Part shown: piece by piece, positions 45,501 through 55,626 of the stretch
How the letters are laid out: every line of letters begins with the position of its first letter
How positions within the stretch are numbered: position 1 is the stretch's first letter
Source of the DNA: Candidatus Aminicenantes bacterium
GTDB taxonomy: Bacteria > Acidobacteriota > Aminicenantia > Aminicenantales > JAFGBC01
Assembly: GCA_963702005.1 (NCBI GenBank)
Contig: OY969696.1
Coordinates: 2,048,001 to 2,112,000 of the forward strand
Direction of reading: 5' to 3'
DNA: 64,000 nucleotides
The notes under the pieces: model-generated
Database searches by the model: none
Seen by the model: the letters and a program-made list of their open reading frames with translations, nothing else
Told to the model about the DNA's origin: nothing
Program-made: the position numbers and the translations under genes

Positions 45501-47826
45501 CCTGGAAGCCCGGGAACACACAGCTCAGGTCGCTTCAGAAGACCGAGAAGAGCGCGAGGAAAGATTTCGTACGGCCGAACTTCCGCTCTTGTTTTGTTCG
45601 CCGACTATGGAGCTTGGCGTCGATATCGCCCAGCTCAATTTGGTTAATCTCCGCAATGTTCCGCCTACTCCCGCCAACTATGCCCAGCGCAGCGGACGCG
45701 CCGGAAGGGGCGGGCAGCCCGCGCTCGTTTACACTTACTGTGCGGGCCGAAGTCCTCACGATCAATATTACTTCCGTCAACCGAGCCATATGGTGGCCGG
45801 CTCGGTTATTCCGCCGCGGATCGATTTGCGCAATCGAGACCTCATCCGATCCCATATTAACTCTATCTGGATGGAAACGGCTAAACCGAATCTTGGAAAA
45901 TCGCTGACTTCGGTGTTGGATATTAACCGTGAGGATGGGAAAATACATTTACCGATCAAAAATATACTTAAAAAAGAGTTATCGAATCCTTTCCATCGAG
46001 CGGCAGCGCTTGCGAAGGCCAACCTCTTGATTGACAGCATAAGGAATATCTTGTCCAGTTCAACTTGGTTCCATGAGAATTGGACTAAAGAGGTGCTGGA
46101 TCAGATTGAATTGAGCTTCGATACCGCCTGTAACCGCTGGCGCGAACTTTATCGCGCTGCCGTCCGTCAGCGGGAGATTCATCACAAGATCATTGGAGAC
46201 CACGCCAGAACCGAAGCGGAGCGTAGCCATTCCCGGCGTCTTCGAGCCCAGGCCGAAAGCCAAATACGTCTTCTCACCGAAGCCGAGGGAATCTACGAGG
46301 GGGACTTTTACTCCTATCGGTATTTTGCTTCAGAGGGTTTTTTGCCCGGCTATAATTTCCCTCGGTTGCCTATATCTGCGTTTGTGCCGGCGAGAAGGCT
46401 AAGGAAAACACGCGATGAGTTCGTTTCTCGCCCTCGGTTCCTCGCCATTTCAGAGTTCGGGCCGCGAGCTTTGATCTACCATGAAGGGGCCCGCTACCGG
46501 GTTTACAAGGTGAACCTCGACTTCGGGTCGGAAGACATCGAGTCTACGCATTCCCTTGTAACCGCAACCATGAAGCGCTGCCCGATGTGCGGTTATGCTC
46601 ATATTGAACAAGGAGCCAACCTCACCGAAGTTTGTGACCGTTGCGGCGCTGCACTCAGCCCCGCCTCTGTCATCCCCGATCTCATACACCTCCAAAATGT
46701 AAGCCTCAAGCTTGCCCAGCGGATTACGTGCGATGAGGAAGAGCGCCAAAGATACGGCTATAAGCTTGTTTCCTCATATCGATTTCCCGAAATAGGTGGA
46801 AAGCTCGACCGAAAAGACGCCGATGTCCTTTTCGAGAAGCAGACTGTTTTGAAATTGAGCTATGGCGACTCCGCTTCTCTCTTCCGGATCAATCTGGGGT
46901 GGGCTAATCAACGTAGCAATCAGCCGCCCGGATTCCTCCTCGACCTCGAACGGGGATATTGGGCGCGCAATCCTCGGGATGAGGACGATCCTGAAGATGC
47001 GGCCGCTGGCCGCCAGGTGCGTGTCGTGCCTTACGTCAATGACACTAAAAACGCCCTAGTCATTCGTACCGAGCCGGCTAGATCTGCCTCTGAAATAGCC
47101 GGCCTGCAGGCGGCGTTCAAAGAGGCGATTCAACAGTACTTCCAGCTTGAGCCTCGGGAATTGTCTTGCGAGGCTATGCCTTCTCCACAGGACAGGAGGG
47201 AGATCCTTTTCTACGAAGCCTCAGAGGGCGGTGCCGGGGTGCTTCGCCAACTTGTCGAGGATCCCAAAGTTGTTCCCGCTCTTGCCCGACGCGCCCTGGA
47301 GATCTGCCACTTCGATCCCGATAGCCTTGAGGACAAGGGCACTGCGACCTGCGGGAAAGCGTGCTATGCTTGCCTGCTCGATTACGGCAATCAGCCAGAC
47401 CACCAGATGCTCGATCGTTTTCTCATAAGAGACTTCCTTGCCGAGCTCGCGCGCTCCGAATGCAAGCCCGCCGGAGGGGCCGGCTCTCGCTCGGAACGTA
47501 TGTCCGAGCTAAGGAAGCGCTGTGACAGCAAGCTCGAACAGAGATGGCTTGACTTAGTGGACGCGCTAATCCTGCGCCCTCCCAGCGAAGCACAATATAT
47601 TATCAAGTCATGCTCCACGAAGCCCGATTTTTTCTACCGCGAGCTCAACGCCGCCATCTACATCGACGGCCCTCCTCACGATGAACCAGATCAGATCCGT
47701 CTTGACGAAGAGATTACCCGCCGATTGATGGAGACAGGTTATATCGTCATTCGGTTCCATCACAAGGCTGACTGGAAAGAGATCTTCCTTCGACATCCCG
47801 ATGTATTCGGAAAGCCGCAATTATGA
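42574..47826 (+). CDS. Large YprA-like DEAD/DEAH helicase with DUF1998 and C-terminal DUF559-like nuclease domain
   Basis: SGTGSGKS, DELH, SAT, PTMELGVD, QRSGRAGR; CGKACYACL Cys cluster; PDFFY...IYIDG. Confidence 0.88.
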   Translation: MDVFDFRNRLVADYARYTHSFIKIADQRIREFVDKALEDGTLWPEPLLQLNPTFLSGGTIDELVAEGTLHPECAKIFRIDKTETDHSGKQLFLHMHQTEAIRKAIEGKSYVLTSGTGSGKSLAYIVPIVDHVLRRSSGNGIQAIVVYPMNALANSQAEELGKFLYKGYGEGKSPVRFARFTGQEKGDEREFIRNNPPDILLTNYMMLELLLTRSEDRALVKAANGLRYLVFDELHTYRGRQGADVALLIRRCRLAFDNHDIICVGTSATMSSSGTSLDQKREVAEVAQTLFGTAFDSAQVIGETLERATPELNFSDPKILRLLSDVIVADETAPTEYDAFRLHPLSSWIESAFGVQAELETNQLIRQAPRKIRGEDSAVSDLAALTSTDLERCFRVLRRFLLRGAELRRSTSSRFPIFAFRLHQFFTRGDTVWSTIEPETMRHLEMAKLGSKPGDPSKPLFPLVFCRQCGTAYYRVSVCNDERGSILSPREDRREEGEDRHTDAYLYISESSPWPRSEGEELLHRLPSFMKEVAPEGIERVRPDARKDLPEPVFVNAAGKIVSEGEGIPAVLIHRNFLFCLEPSCGVAFIKRQRSERGKLNTLGVDNRSTATTVLAVRSLIELQSDTTLQPEARKLLSFTDNRQDASLQAGHFNDFAQVALLRSALYKATQSKGQEGLSHSELSRSVFGALSLKFEDYAADPEVRGPARNATDDALRRAIDYYLYRDLQRGWRVTAPNLEDCGLLQFDYIGLSGKDSLLGESEAWEKGFNIRVDRATDEFMESPSVLRLCPPNLREEILRTLLDVLRRSLAVKVDVLDPQKQRDLVEQTNPRILEGTMWYLEDPRELVKSEVVYPRSRRQRDTSGLFMSSYGIFGGYLRRVLLPYLPKGVAFGRDEVDGVIRFLLLALKRYGIVEQVRSGDIPGYQINHDSLRWIAGAGEIRPFDRTRLLDAGEIPPEVNAYFVECYRRFIDLKCVLEAREHTAQVASEDREEREERFRTAELPLLFCSPTMELGVDIAQLNLVNLRNVPPTPANYAQRSGRAGRGGQPALVYTYCAGRSPHDQYYFRQPSHMVAGSVIPPRIDLRNRDLIRSHINSIWMETAKPNLGKSLTSVLDINREDGKIHLPIKNILKKELSNPFHRAAALAKANLLIDSIRNILSSSTWFHENWTKEVLDQIELSFDTACNRWRELYRAAVRQREIHHKIIGDHARTEAERSHSRRLRAQAESQIRLLTEAEGIYEGDFYSYRYFASEGFLPGYNFPRLPISAFVPARRLRKTRDEFVSRPRFLAISEFGPRALIYHEGARYRVYKVNLDFGSEDIESTHSLVTATMKRCPMCGYAHIEQGANLTEVCDRCGAALSPASVIPDLIHLQNVSLKLAQRITCDEEERQRYGYKLVSSYRFPEIGGKLDRKDADVLFEKQTVLKLSYGDSASLFRINLGWANQRSNQPPGFLLDLERGYWARNPRDEDDPEDAAAGRQVRVVPYVNDTKNALVIRTEPARSASEIAGLQAAFKEAIQQYFQLEPRELSCEAMPSPQDRREILFYEASEGGAGVLRQLVEDPKVVPALARRALEICHFDPDSLEDKGTATCGKACYACLLDYGNQPDHQMLDRFLIRDFLAELARSECKPAGGAGSRSERMSELRKRCDSKLEQRWLDLVDALILRPPSEAQYIIKSCSTKPDFFYRELNAAIYIDGPPHDEPDQIRLDEEITRRLMETGYIVIRFHHKADWKEIFLRHPDVFGKPQL

Positions 47827-50654
47827 TTGCAGTCAATTTATCCAAACCCGGAACAATGGTCCGATCCCGTGGCCGCGAATGGGTCGTGCTCCCCGAGTCC
47901 AGCGACGATCTTCTAATTGTCCGTCCGGTCGGCGGGCTCGATGAGGAAACCGTCGGAATTCTTCCTAGTGTCGAGCCCGTTGAATCTGCCACATTCCCGA
48001 TGCCATCTCGTGAGGATATCGGCGACTTCAGCTCCGGCCGGCTCCTTCGGGAAGCCGCCCGAATCTCCACCCGCGCCGCCGCGGGTCCGTTCCGCAGCTT
48101 CGCCCGCATCGCTGTTGAACCGAGGCCTTATCAGCTCGTTCCGCTTATGATGGCCTTACGCTTGGATCCGGTTCGGCTACTAATCGCCGATGACGTCGGT
48201 ATCGGAAAAACGGTCGAGGCAGCCCTCATCGCCAGGGAGCTCCTTGATCGCAACGAGATACAAAGGATGACGGTGCTCTGTCCGCCTCATCTCGCCGAGC
48301 AATGGCAGAAAGAGCTTGCCGAGAAGTTTCATATCGACGCGGAATTAGTCCTCAGCAGTACTATCCAACGCTTGGAAAGAGATCTCCCCATCGGAGTTTC
48401 CGTTTTTGACCGGTATCGTTTTACTATCGTTTCGACGGATTTCATCAAGAGCGATCGGCGCGCCGCTGATTTCGAGATGAAATGCCCCGAGTTCGTGATT
48501 GTGGACGAAGCTCACGGTTGTACCCTCGCTGGCGGAATCGGCCGAGGCCGACAGCAGAGGTTTGACCTTGTCAGAAAGATTGCCGCCCGTACGAATCGTC
48601 ACATTCTTCTTGTTACGGCCACCCCGCATAGCGGTAACGAGCAGGCCTTCCGCTCCCTGCTGGGACTGCTCGATGAAGAGTTTTTCAATCTCCCCGCGGA
48701 GATAATCCGTGAAGAGAGGGAAATTGTCCGCCGCAAGCTCGCCCAGCGCCTTGTCCAGAGGAGGCGCGCTGACATACGCCATTATCTGGAGACGGATACA
48801 GCCTTCCCAACGCGATTGGATAAGGAAGAGACCTACCTCTTTAGCAAAGAATACCGCGCTCTTTTCGACGACATAGTCGAATTTGCCCGAGAATTCGTCT
48901 CCGATAAGAATGGCGACAATAGGCACCGGCGGGTGCGTTACTGGTCCGCGCTCGCGCTTCTCCGCTGTGTCTCTTCGAGCCCCGCTGCGGCTGTCGCCAC
49001 TCTTCAAAGTCGAGCCGCCGTTGATGAAGCTGCAGATCCGGAGGTAGACGAAATCGGCCGAAGGACCGTCCTCGATCAGGACGACGTGGACGATAACATT
49101 CCTATCGATTTCAGCCCCGGAGCGGAGACCAAGAACGAGGCGGAAAGTATACGCCGGAAGCTCCTTGCTTTCGCCCGTCGCGCGGAAGCTCTTGCCGGCG
49201 CATCCGATACCAAGCTCCTGGGCGCCGCGCGGGAGGTCAAGGCTCTCCTCAAAGAAGGCTTCCAACCAATCGTCTTTTGCCGGTTCGTCGATACGGCCGA
49301 TTACGTTGCCCGCCAGCTCCGGGAAATTCTGCCGGCCAGGGTGCGCGTCGAAGCCGTAACCGGTCTTCTCCCGCCCGCCGAGCGCGAAGCGCGCATCGAA
49401 ACCCTAGTAAAGGACCGCGGTGAATATGTTTTAGTCTGCACTGACTGCCTCTCCGAAGGCGTAAACCTTCAGCAGGATTTCAATGCAGTCTTCCACTACG
49501 ATCTCTGTTGGAATCCTACTCGCCACGAGCAGCGTGAAGGTCGAGTGGACCGTTTCGGCCAGGATAAGAAAGAAGTTCGTGTCATCACATACTATGGCAA
49601 GGATAATCCCATCGACGGCGTCATCCTGGACGTGCTTATTCGTAAGCACAAGAGTATCAAGAGCGATCTGGGAGTGACCGTTGCAGTGCCTGGGTCGAGC
49701 GAGGAGATAGCCGAAACTCTCTTCGAGGGAGCGCTCTTCCGGGAGATGACTGCGGGCCCCAAGCAGCAACTCTCGTTTGATTTTGACGACAACGACAAAC
49801 AGCGAATTAAAAACTTCCATGTTGAGTGGGAGAATGCACGCGAAAAGGAGAAGGCTAGCCGATCGCGCTTCGCCCAACATGCACTTGACAAGGATACCGT
49901 CGCGGCTGAGCTGAAGAATGTCCGTGCGGCCATCGGCAGCAACGAAGATGTGGCCTGCTTCGTCCGATCAGTTCTTCAGGCGGCAAGAGTGCCTATTCGA
50001 GAAAGCGGTCCTTCGTTATTCGTCAGTCTTAGCCTCGAAACTCCCCGCGCCTTGCGGCAAGCTCTGGGACGCGACGATCCGTTCTCAGGACGTTTCGATC
50101 TTCCCCTTCCGGAAGGCGAAATTTACCTCGGCCGCACAAGCCCGATCGTCGAAGGCTTAGCTGGCTGGACGCTCGATCAGGCTCTCGATCCCGCAGCCCG
50201 CGATGCGCGTCCCGTTGCTTCCCGCTGCGGTATAGTAATGACTTCTTCCGTAAAATCCCGCACCACGTTGGTTATTGCCAGATTCCGCTTTCATCTTCGG
50301 ATCGCCGGCTCGGCGAGCGAGGCGATTCTCTGCGAGGAGATCTTACCGTTGGCTTGTAACGGGCCGGCTTCTAACCCGGTATGGCTGGGCACGGAGGAGA
50401 GTGAACGGCTTCTAAGCGCCAAACCCGAGAAGAATCTTATTCCGACAGCTATTGATCAACAAATCGAACTCTTGCTTGATTCACTTAGCCAAATCCAACA
50501 GACCCTTGGCGCTGTGAGTAAGGAACGTGCAACGATACAACTCCAAGCTCATGAAAGAGTCCGAGAGGCGACGAGAGCGAAAGGGCGCGTAACGATTGAA
50601 CCCGTGCTTCCGGTTGATATTCTCGGCGCCTATGTCCTTTTGCCCAAGATTTGA
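47823..50654 (+). CDS. SNF2-family helicase (DrmD-like)
   Basis: DDVGIGKT, DEAH, TATP, EGVNLQ, QREGRVDR. Confidence 0.88.
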   Translation: MIAVNLSKPGTMVRSRGREWVVLPESSDDLLIVRPVGGLDEETVGILPSVEPVESATFPMPSREDIGDFSSGRLLREAARISTRAAAGPFRSFARIAVEPRPYQLVPLMMALRLDPVRLLIADDVGIGKTVEAALIARELLDRNEIQRMTVLCPPHLAEQWQKELAEKFHIDAELVLSSTIQRLERDLPIGVSVFDRYRFTIVSTDFIKSDRRAADFEMKCPEFVIVDEAHGCTLAGGIGRGRQQRFDLVRKIAARTNRHILLVTATPHSGNEQAFRSLLGLLDEEFFNLPAEIIREEREIVRRKLAQRLVQRRRADIRHYLETDTAFPTRLDKEETYLFSKEYRALFDDIVEFAREFVSDKNGDNRHRRVRYWSALALLRCVSSSPAAAVATLQSRAAVDEAADPEVDEIGRRTVLDQDDVDDNIPIDFSPGAETKNEAESIRRKLLAFARRAEALAGASDTKLLGAAREVKALLKEGFQPIVFCRFVDTADYVARQLREILPARVRVEAVTGLLPPAEREARIETLVKDRGEYVLVCTDCLSEGVNLQQDFNAVFHYDLCWNPTRHEQREGRVDRFGQDKKEVRVITYYGKDNPIDGVILDVLIRKHKSIKSDLGVTVAVPGSSEEIAETLFEGALFREMTAGPKQQLSFDFDDNDKQRIKNFHVEWENAREKEKASRSRFAQHALDKDTVAAELKNVRAAIGSNEDVACFVRSVLQAARVPIRESGPSLFVSLSLETPRALRQALGRDDPFSGRFDLPLPEGEIYLGRTSPIVEGLAGWTLDQALDPAARDARPVASRCGIVMTSSVKSRTTLVIARFRFHLRIAGSASEAILCEEILPLACNGPASNPVWLGTEESERLLSAKPEKNLIPTAIDQQIELLLDSLSQIQQTLGAVSKERATIQLQAHERVREATRAKGRVTIEPVLPVDILGAYVLLPKI

Positions 50655-50659
50655 TCGCT

Positions 50660-53600
50660 ATGTCACGCCATAAGCACGAATTCCAGACCATCCGTTCCGA
50701 AGGTGGATTGCTGCCTTCCGATCTGCTCAGGCGCATCCTCGATCCAAAAGAGAAAATCCCAGGCACACGGTCGGAAGACTATGGCCTGCCCCAAGGCGAA
50801 CGCATTAACGAGACGATAACCCAATCTTGGAATCGACTTCGCCGACACTGGGCAGAGTTCAAATCCTTAGCGCAAAAGCTGCCAGAAGGCGAAGCAGGCA
50901 CTGGGCTTACCAACGATAAATGGAGCGTGCCTCTGCTTCGAGAACTCGGGTTCGGGCTATTGCCGACCAGTCCCGGACCCGAAATCAAGGGTCGCACGTA
51001 CGCTATTAACCGGTTTTTCGGTCCGACCGCAATTCATATGGTCGGTTGCGGTCTGAGTCTCGACAAGCGCGCCGCCGGAGTCCGGGGCGCGGCTACGAAT
51101 CCTCATGGCCTGGTCCAGGAATTTCTGAACCGCAGTGAAGGATACCTCTGGGCTATCGTTTCCAATGGCTTGCGTTTCCGCATATTACGCGATAACCAAG
51201 CTCTCTCCCGGCAGGCTTTCTTGGAGTTTGATCTGGAGACGATGTTTACCGGCGAGATCTTTTCTGATTTCGTCCTGCTTTGGCTCATCGCTCATGCTAC
51301 AAGGTTTGCCGTCCGTGAAGGTGGGAGGCCCGAGAGCTGTTGGCTCGAACAATGGACGAAGCTGGCGGAAGAGCAGGGCACGCGCGCCCTTGGCGACTTG
51401 CGGGACGGGGTAGAGAAAGCTCTCGAAACTCTGGGTCAAGGCTTCGTTGGACATTCGCATAACGCCGCTCTCCGGGAGACCCTGCGCACTGGCCGGGTTT
51501 CATTGTTCGATTTCCATGGCCAACTTCTTCGTATAATTTATCGCCTTATCTTTCTATTTGTAGCTGAGGACCGTACTTTGGAAGGGATTTCCGTGCTGCA
51601 CGCTCGTGACGATTCCGAGGAAGGGAGGCTTGCTAGAGAACGATACGCAGCTCATTACAGCACTGCTCGCTTACGTGAATTGGCCATAAGCATCAAGGGT
51701 AGCCGCCACGGGGACCTCTGGCGGCAATTCAATCTCCTTGTGGGTGTCCTTTCGGGGGAGGATCGTTTCTCGGCCGCGCGCCAGAAACTCGCTTTGCCCG
51801 TCCTTGGAAGTATGCTTTGGTCCCCGGCCGCCACAGATGCGCTCAATGCTCCGGACCTGGCGGTATCCGTCGGCGCGGAGCTATCCAACGCAGACTTTCT
51901 CGAAGCGCTCCGTCATCTCGCCTTCACCCGGCAAGACAAGGTGCTTCGTCCCGTAGATTACAAGAACCTCGGTTCCGAGGAACTCGGCGGGATTTATGAA
52001 AGCTTGCTCGCTCTCACTCCACAGATCAGCGGCGACGGGGCCAAATTCACCTTTGCTGAATTTGCCGGCAATGAACGCAAAACATCAGGATCATACTATA
52101 CCCCCGATTCGCTTGTGCAGTGCTTGCTTGACTCCGCTCTCGATCCAGTTGTGGAAGAAGCGATTAAGGGCAAGACTGCGGCTGAAGCGGAAAAGGCAAT
52201 CCTTTTGCTCAAAGTCTGCGATCCGGCGGTGGGCTCCGGACACTTTCTAGTCGGCGCCGCCCATAGGTTAGCGCGGCATCTTGCCCGCGTCCGCGCGCTT
52301 TTCCAAGGCGAGAGCGAGCCCTCGCCTCTTCTTTATCAACATGCCTTACGTGACGTAATCGGTCGCTGTCTCTACGGAGTGGATATTAATCCTATGTCCG
52401 CCGAGCTCTGTCGAGTAAGCTTATGGCTCGAAGCCCTCGAACCGGGCAAGCCGCTCTCATTCCTTAACCACCACATACGCGTAGGAAATAGCCTCCTCGG
52501 CGCGACACCAGAGCTAATTGCCAAGGGGATTCCTGATGAGGCTTTTGAGCCTATTGAGGGCGATGACAAGAAGCTCTGTCAACTTTATAAAAAAAGAAAT
52601 AAAGTCGAACGCCAAGGCCAGCGATCCATGTTTTATCAAATGGTTGCGGAGCCTCAGGCTGAATACAATACCCTAAAAGATCGTGTTGTGGATATCGATG
52701 CCGTTGACGATAGTTCGTTTATAGGCATCAAGGAGAAAGAAACCCGCTACGCCGCACTCCAGCGCTCTAATGAATTCCAACATGCAATACTGATTGCCGA
52801 CGCATGGTGCGCCGCTTTCGTCTGGAAGAAGACCTCGGAATTCTTGTATCCAATTACTGAACAAGTATTTCGTCTCATTGAGGCAGAGCCGATCAAGTCT
52901 CCGGACTGGATGTGCAATGAAATTGAGCGTCTTGCGCGAGAATATTCTTTTTTTCATTGGCATCTTGCTTTCCCTGAGGTGTTCGCCAAAGACGGCTTTG
53001 ACTGCGTGCTCGGCAATCCGCCGTGGGAAGCATCCGATTTGATGAAGGTCGAATTTTTTGCGATTCTTTTGCCGGATGTCGGATCCGCGCGGACTACAGA
53101 AGATCGCCAAGTAATTATAGAAAAGGCGACCGCAAAAGATCCTTGCCTTGAGTCTCTCTGGAAAAGTGCGTTGCGAGAAAATGCTGCGCAGTCACATTTC
53201 ACTTGTTCATCAGGTCGTTACCCCCAAACATCTTCTGGTAAATTAAACACCTACCGGACATTTGCAGAACTATCTGTTTGTCTTCTGAATCGAGCTGGTC
53301 GTATGGGAGTAGTCTTGAAGTCCGGCATTATAAACGCTCAGGATAATCAAAAGTTCTTTGCTTCATTGCTTCGGGATAGTCGAATCGTATCGGCTTATGA
53401 CTTCATAAACAGGAAAGAGATATTTCCGAATGTCATCGCAAACGAACGATTCTGTTTATTGACGATAGCTGGCCCTGCGGGAGGTGTGAGCGAAGCATTA
53501 TTTATGTTTTGTCTAGAAGATGTTGAACAACTCTTGAATGAGGAGAGGCGTATCATATTTAAAAGCGGCGAGTTGCTTGTATTGAATCCAAATGACTTGA

Positions 53601-54784
53601 GTGTTCCACCGCTCTCATCTTCATTAGACAAAGAGATACTAGTGCTTATTCATAGGCGGATATCTGTGTTATTCGATGAATCCAAACAGAAGAATCGATT
53701 CAATGTACGCTATGCCCGCGGTCATTTGAACTCATCCACAGATTCAGATCTATTTTCTAAGAACTACTATGAGGTATTAACAGCAGCTGGATTGGTTGAT
53801 GAATCAGGTCGATGGGATTCTGGAAAAATACATCCTCTGATTGAAGGTAAACTCATTGGCATTTGGAATCATCGATTCGGTACGTTTCTGGGAGTTAGTT
53901 GGACTTCTCGATTCGGGAAAAAGGCGGAGGCTCGCGATCCTACAGACGAAGAACTACGTAATCCTAATTATCGATCCGTGCCTCGCTTCTGGCTATACCA
54001 AGCAGATGCTCAAGCCCTATTCACTGCGAAGAGATATGATAAAAAGTGGCTTCTCACCTACAGACATGTATGTCGAGCGATTGTTGATGCAAGAACAGCC
54101 CAAGTCTGCATATCCCCAAACGAGCCCACAAGTGACTCTTGTGCTTTATTACTATTTGATAGCGCACCGAAAGAGGCTGCTTCAGCTGCGTATCTGCTAG
54201 TCGCGGCATGGACCTCTTTTATTGGCGACTATGTTTTGCGCCAGAAAATATATGGACCAGCTTTGACGAAGGCTATCGCTTATCAGCTTCCCGCTCCCTG
54301 TATAGAGACCGTTGAGATGCATCATCGTGGCTATATCGATGCCGAGTTCATCAAGAAGAGAGCATTGGAGCTGACCTTTGTGACGTGGGATCTAGAGTCG
54401 TTTGCGAGGGACCTGGGCTTTACTGGCCCACCATTCCAATGGGATGAGGAGCGCCGCTTTCTGCTCCGCTGCGAGTTGGACGCCGCCTTCTTCCACCTTT
54501 ATCTAGGGACAGAAGACGAGTGGCGCCAGCAACCTTATGGGCTCAACAATGCGTTCCCCACTCCACGTCACGCCGTTGATTACATTATGGAGACCTTCCC
54601 CATTGTCAAGCGAAAGGACGAGGTAAAGCACAACGGCGATTACCGCACTAAGCGTGTGATCCTTGAAATCTACGACGCCATGAAGGAAGCCGTCCGCACC
54701 GGCCACCCCTACCAGACCCGACTCGGCCCACCGCCCGCCGATCCGCGCTGTTGTCATCCTCCAAGGGAGGACGGTCGGATATGA
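50660..54784 (+). CDS. N6-adenine DNA methyltransferase, type IIG/DrmMI-like
   Basis: RKTSGSYYTP, DPAVGSGHFL, GVDIN, GNPPW; divergent AT-rich TRD region. Confidence 0.88.
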   Translation: MSRHKHEFQTIRSEGGLLPSDLLRRILDPKEKIPGTRSEDYGLPQGERINETITQSWNRLRRHWAEFKSLAQKLPEGEAGTGLTNDKWSVPLLRELGFGLLPTSPGPEIKGRTYAINRFFGPTAIHMVGCGLSLDKRAAGVRGAATNPHGLVQEFLNRSEGYLWAIVSNGLRFRILRDNQALSRQAFLEFDLETMFTGEIFSDFVLLWLIAHATRFAVREGGRPESCWLEQWTKLAEEQGTRALGDLRDGVEKALETLGQGFVGHSHNAALRETLRTGRVSLFDFHGQLLRIIYRLIFLFVAEDRTLEGISVLHARDDSEEGRLARERYAAHYSTARLRELAISIKGSRHGDLWRQFNLLVGVLSGEDRFSAARQKLALPVLGSMLWSPAATDALNAPDLAVSVGAELSNADFLEALRHLAFTRQDKVLRPVDYKNLGSEELGGIYESLLALTPQISGDGAKFTFAEFAGNERKTSGSYYTPDSLVQCLLDSALDPVVEEAIKGKTAAEAEKAILLLKVCDPAVGSGHFLVGAAHRLARHLARVRALFQGESEPSPLLYQHALRDVIGRCLYGVDINPMSAELCRVSLWLEALEPGKPLSFLNHHIRVGNSLLGATPELIAKGIPDEAFEPIEGDDKKLCQLYKKRNKVERQGQRSMFYQMVAEPQAEYNTLKDRVVDIDAVDDSSFIGIKEKETRYAALQRSNEFQHAILIADAWCAAFVWKKTSEFLYPITEQVFRLIEAEPIKSPDWMCNEIERLAREYSFFHWHLAFPEVFAKDGFDCVLGNPPWEASDLMKVEFFAILLPDVGSARTTEDRQVIIEKATAKDPCLESLWKSALRENAAQSHFTCSSGRYPQTSSGKLNTYRTFAELSVCLLNRAGRMGVVLKSGIINAQDNQKFFASLLRDSRIVSAYDFINRKEIFPNVIANERFCLLTIAGPAGGVSEALFMFCLEDVEQLLNEERRIIFKSGELLVLNPNDLSVPPLSSSLDKEILVLIHRRISVLFDESKQKNRFNVRYARGHLNSSTDSDLFSKNYYEVLTAAGLVDESGRWDSGKIHPLIEGKLIGIWNHRFGTFLGVSWTSRFGKKAEARDPTDEELRNPNYRSVPRFWLYQADAQALFTAKRYDKKWLLTYRHVCRAIVDARTAQVCISPNEPTSDSCALLLFDSAPKEAASAAYLLVAAWTSFIGDYVLRQKIYGPALTKAIAYQLPAPCIETVEMHHRGYIDAEFIKKRALELTFVTWDLESFARDLGFTGPPFQWDEERRFLLRCELDAAFFHLYLGTEDEWRQQPYGLNNAFPTPRHAVDYIMETFPIVKRKDEVKHNGDYRTKRVILEIYDAMKEAVRTGHPYQTRLGPPPADPRCCHPPREDGRI

Positions 54785-55386
54785 AAGACGCCTTCCAGAA
54801 ATTCGCCAGCCTTCCCGGCCGGATACTGCTTGATACCTGCATCCTGAACCATCTATTCGACGAGGGAGGATATATCTGGGAAGGCGAGTTAACGCATGGA
54901 GTCAACGAAGTTGACGTTGACCCCGACCTTCGAGCATTGCGCGCAATCTTCATGATCAACGAGCGGGCTTCATTTCAGTTCGTGATCTCTCCCTTGACAG
55001 TAGCTGAACTTGCAAACACGCAGGATTTCCCGGATCGAGAAAGGCGGCTTCGGTGGGTACTAGACGTTCTCGACCACTGGTTGATAATGCTCGATGACAT
55101 TGGAGATCGGGCAAGCGACGGGGGGACCGTAAGGCACCGCTTTAAGCTTCCTCCGGAACTGCAACGGTTTGAAACCGACTTGATGATCCAACCCGATTTT
55201 CGGCGCGATCCGTTCGATCGGCTACTACTTGTGCAGTATCGAATGGGCAACTGCGATGCCTTCCTTACCGTAGACCGGGCCACAATCTGGCGCCATCGAA
55301 AATGGCTGGATACCCGGGGCGTCCGCGTGCTGTGTCCGGCAGAGTTCTGGGAGGAGCTGAAGCCATGGGCAGCGCTGTGGCGATGA
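54781..55386 (+). CDS. Hypothetical PIN-like protein
   Basis: ILLDTCIL, TVAEL, DPFDRLLL, FLTVD acidic residue pattern. Confidence 0.55.
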   Translation: MKDAFQKFASLPGRILLDTCILNHLFDEGGYIWEGELTHGVNEVDVDPDLRALRAIFMINERASFQFVISPLTVAELANTQDFPDRERRLRWVLDVLDHWLIMLDDIGDRASDGGTVRHRFKLPPELQRFETDLMIQPDFRRDPFDRLLLVQYRMGNCDAFLTVDRATIWRHRKWLDTRGVRVLCPAEFWEELKPWAALWR

Positions 55387-55622
55387 GCGAAGAGGCTAGC
55401 ATCCAAACTTCGCGAGGCGTTACGGCCTATATGCTATCTACCTTCCTCATCGTCCGCCGCAAGGACAAGGAGAAGTTCAAATGGTACTATCGCTATAAGT
55501 TCATCATATATGAGATCTGCGACCCCCTCAACGAGTTCATCCGAACCGGCCATCCCTGCCAGATTCTTTTTAGTCCACCGCCTACGGACCCACGGCATTC
55601 TCATCCTCTGAGCGAAGGTTAG
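55383..55622 (+). pseudogene. Degenerate duplicate of the methyltransferase C-terminus
   Basis: YMLSTFLIVRRKD...IRTGHPCQILFSPPPTDPRHSHP aligns with YIMETFPIVKRKD...VRTGHPYQTRLGPPPADPRCCHP. Confidence 0.75.
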
Positions 55623-55626
55623 TGGG

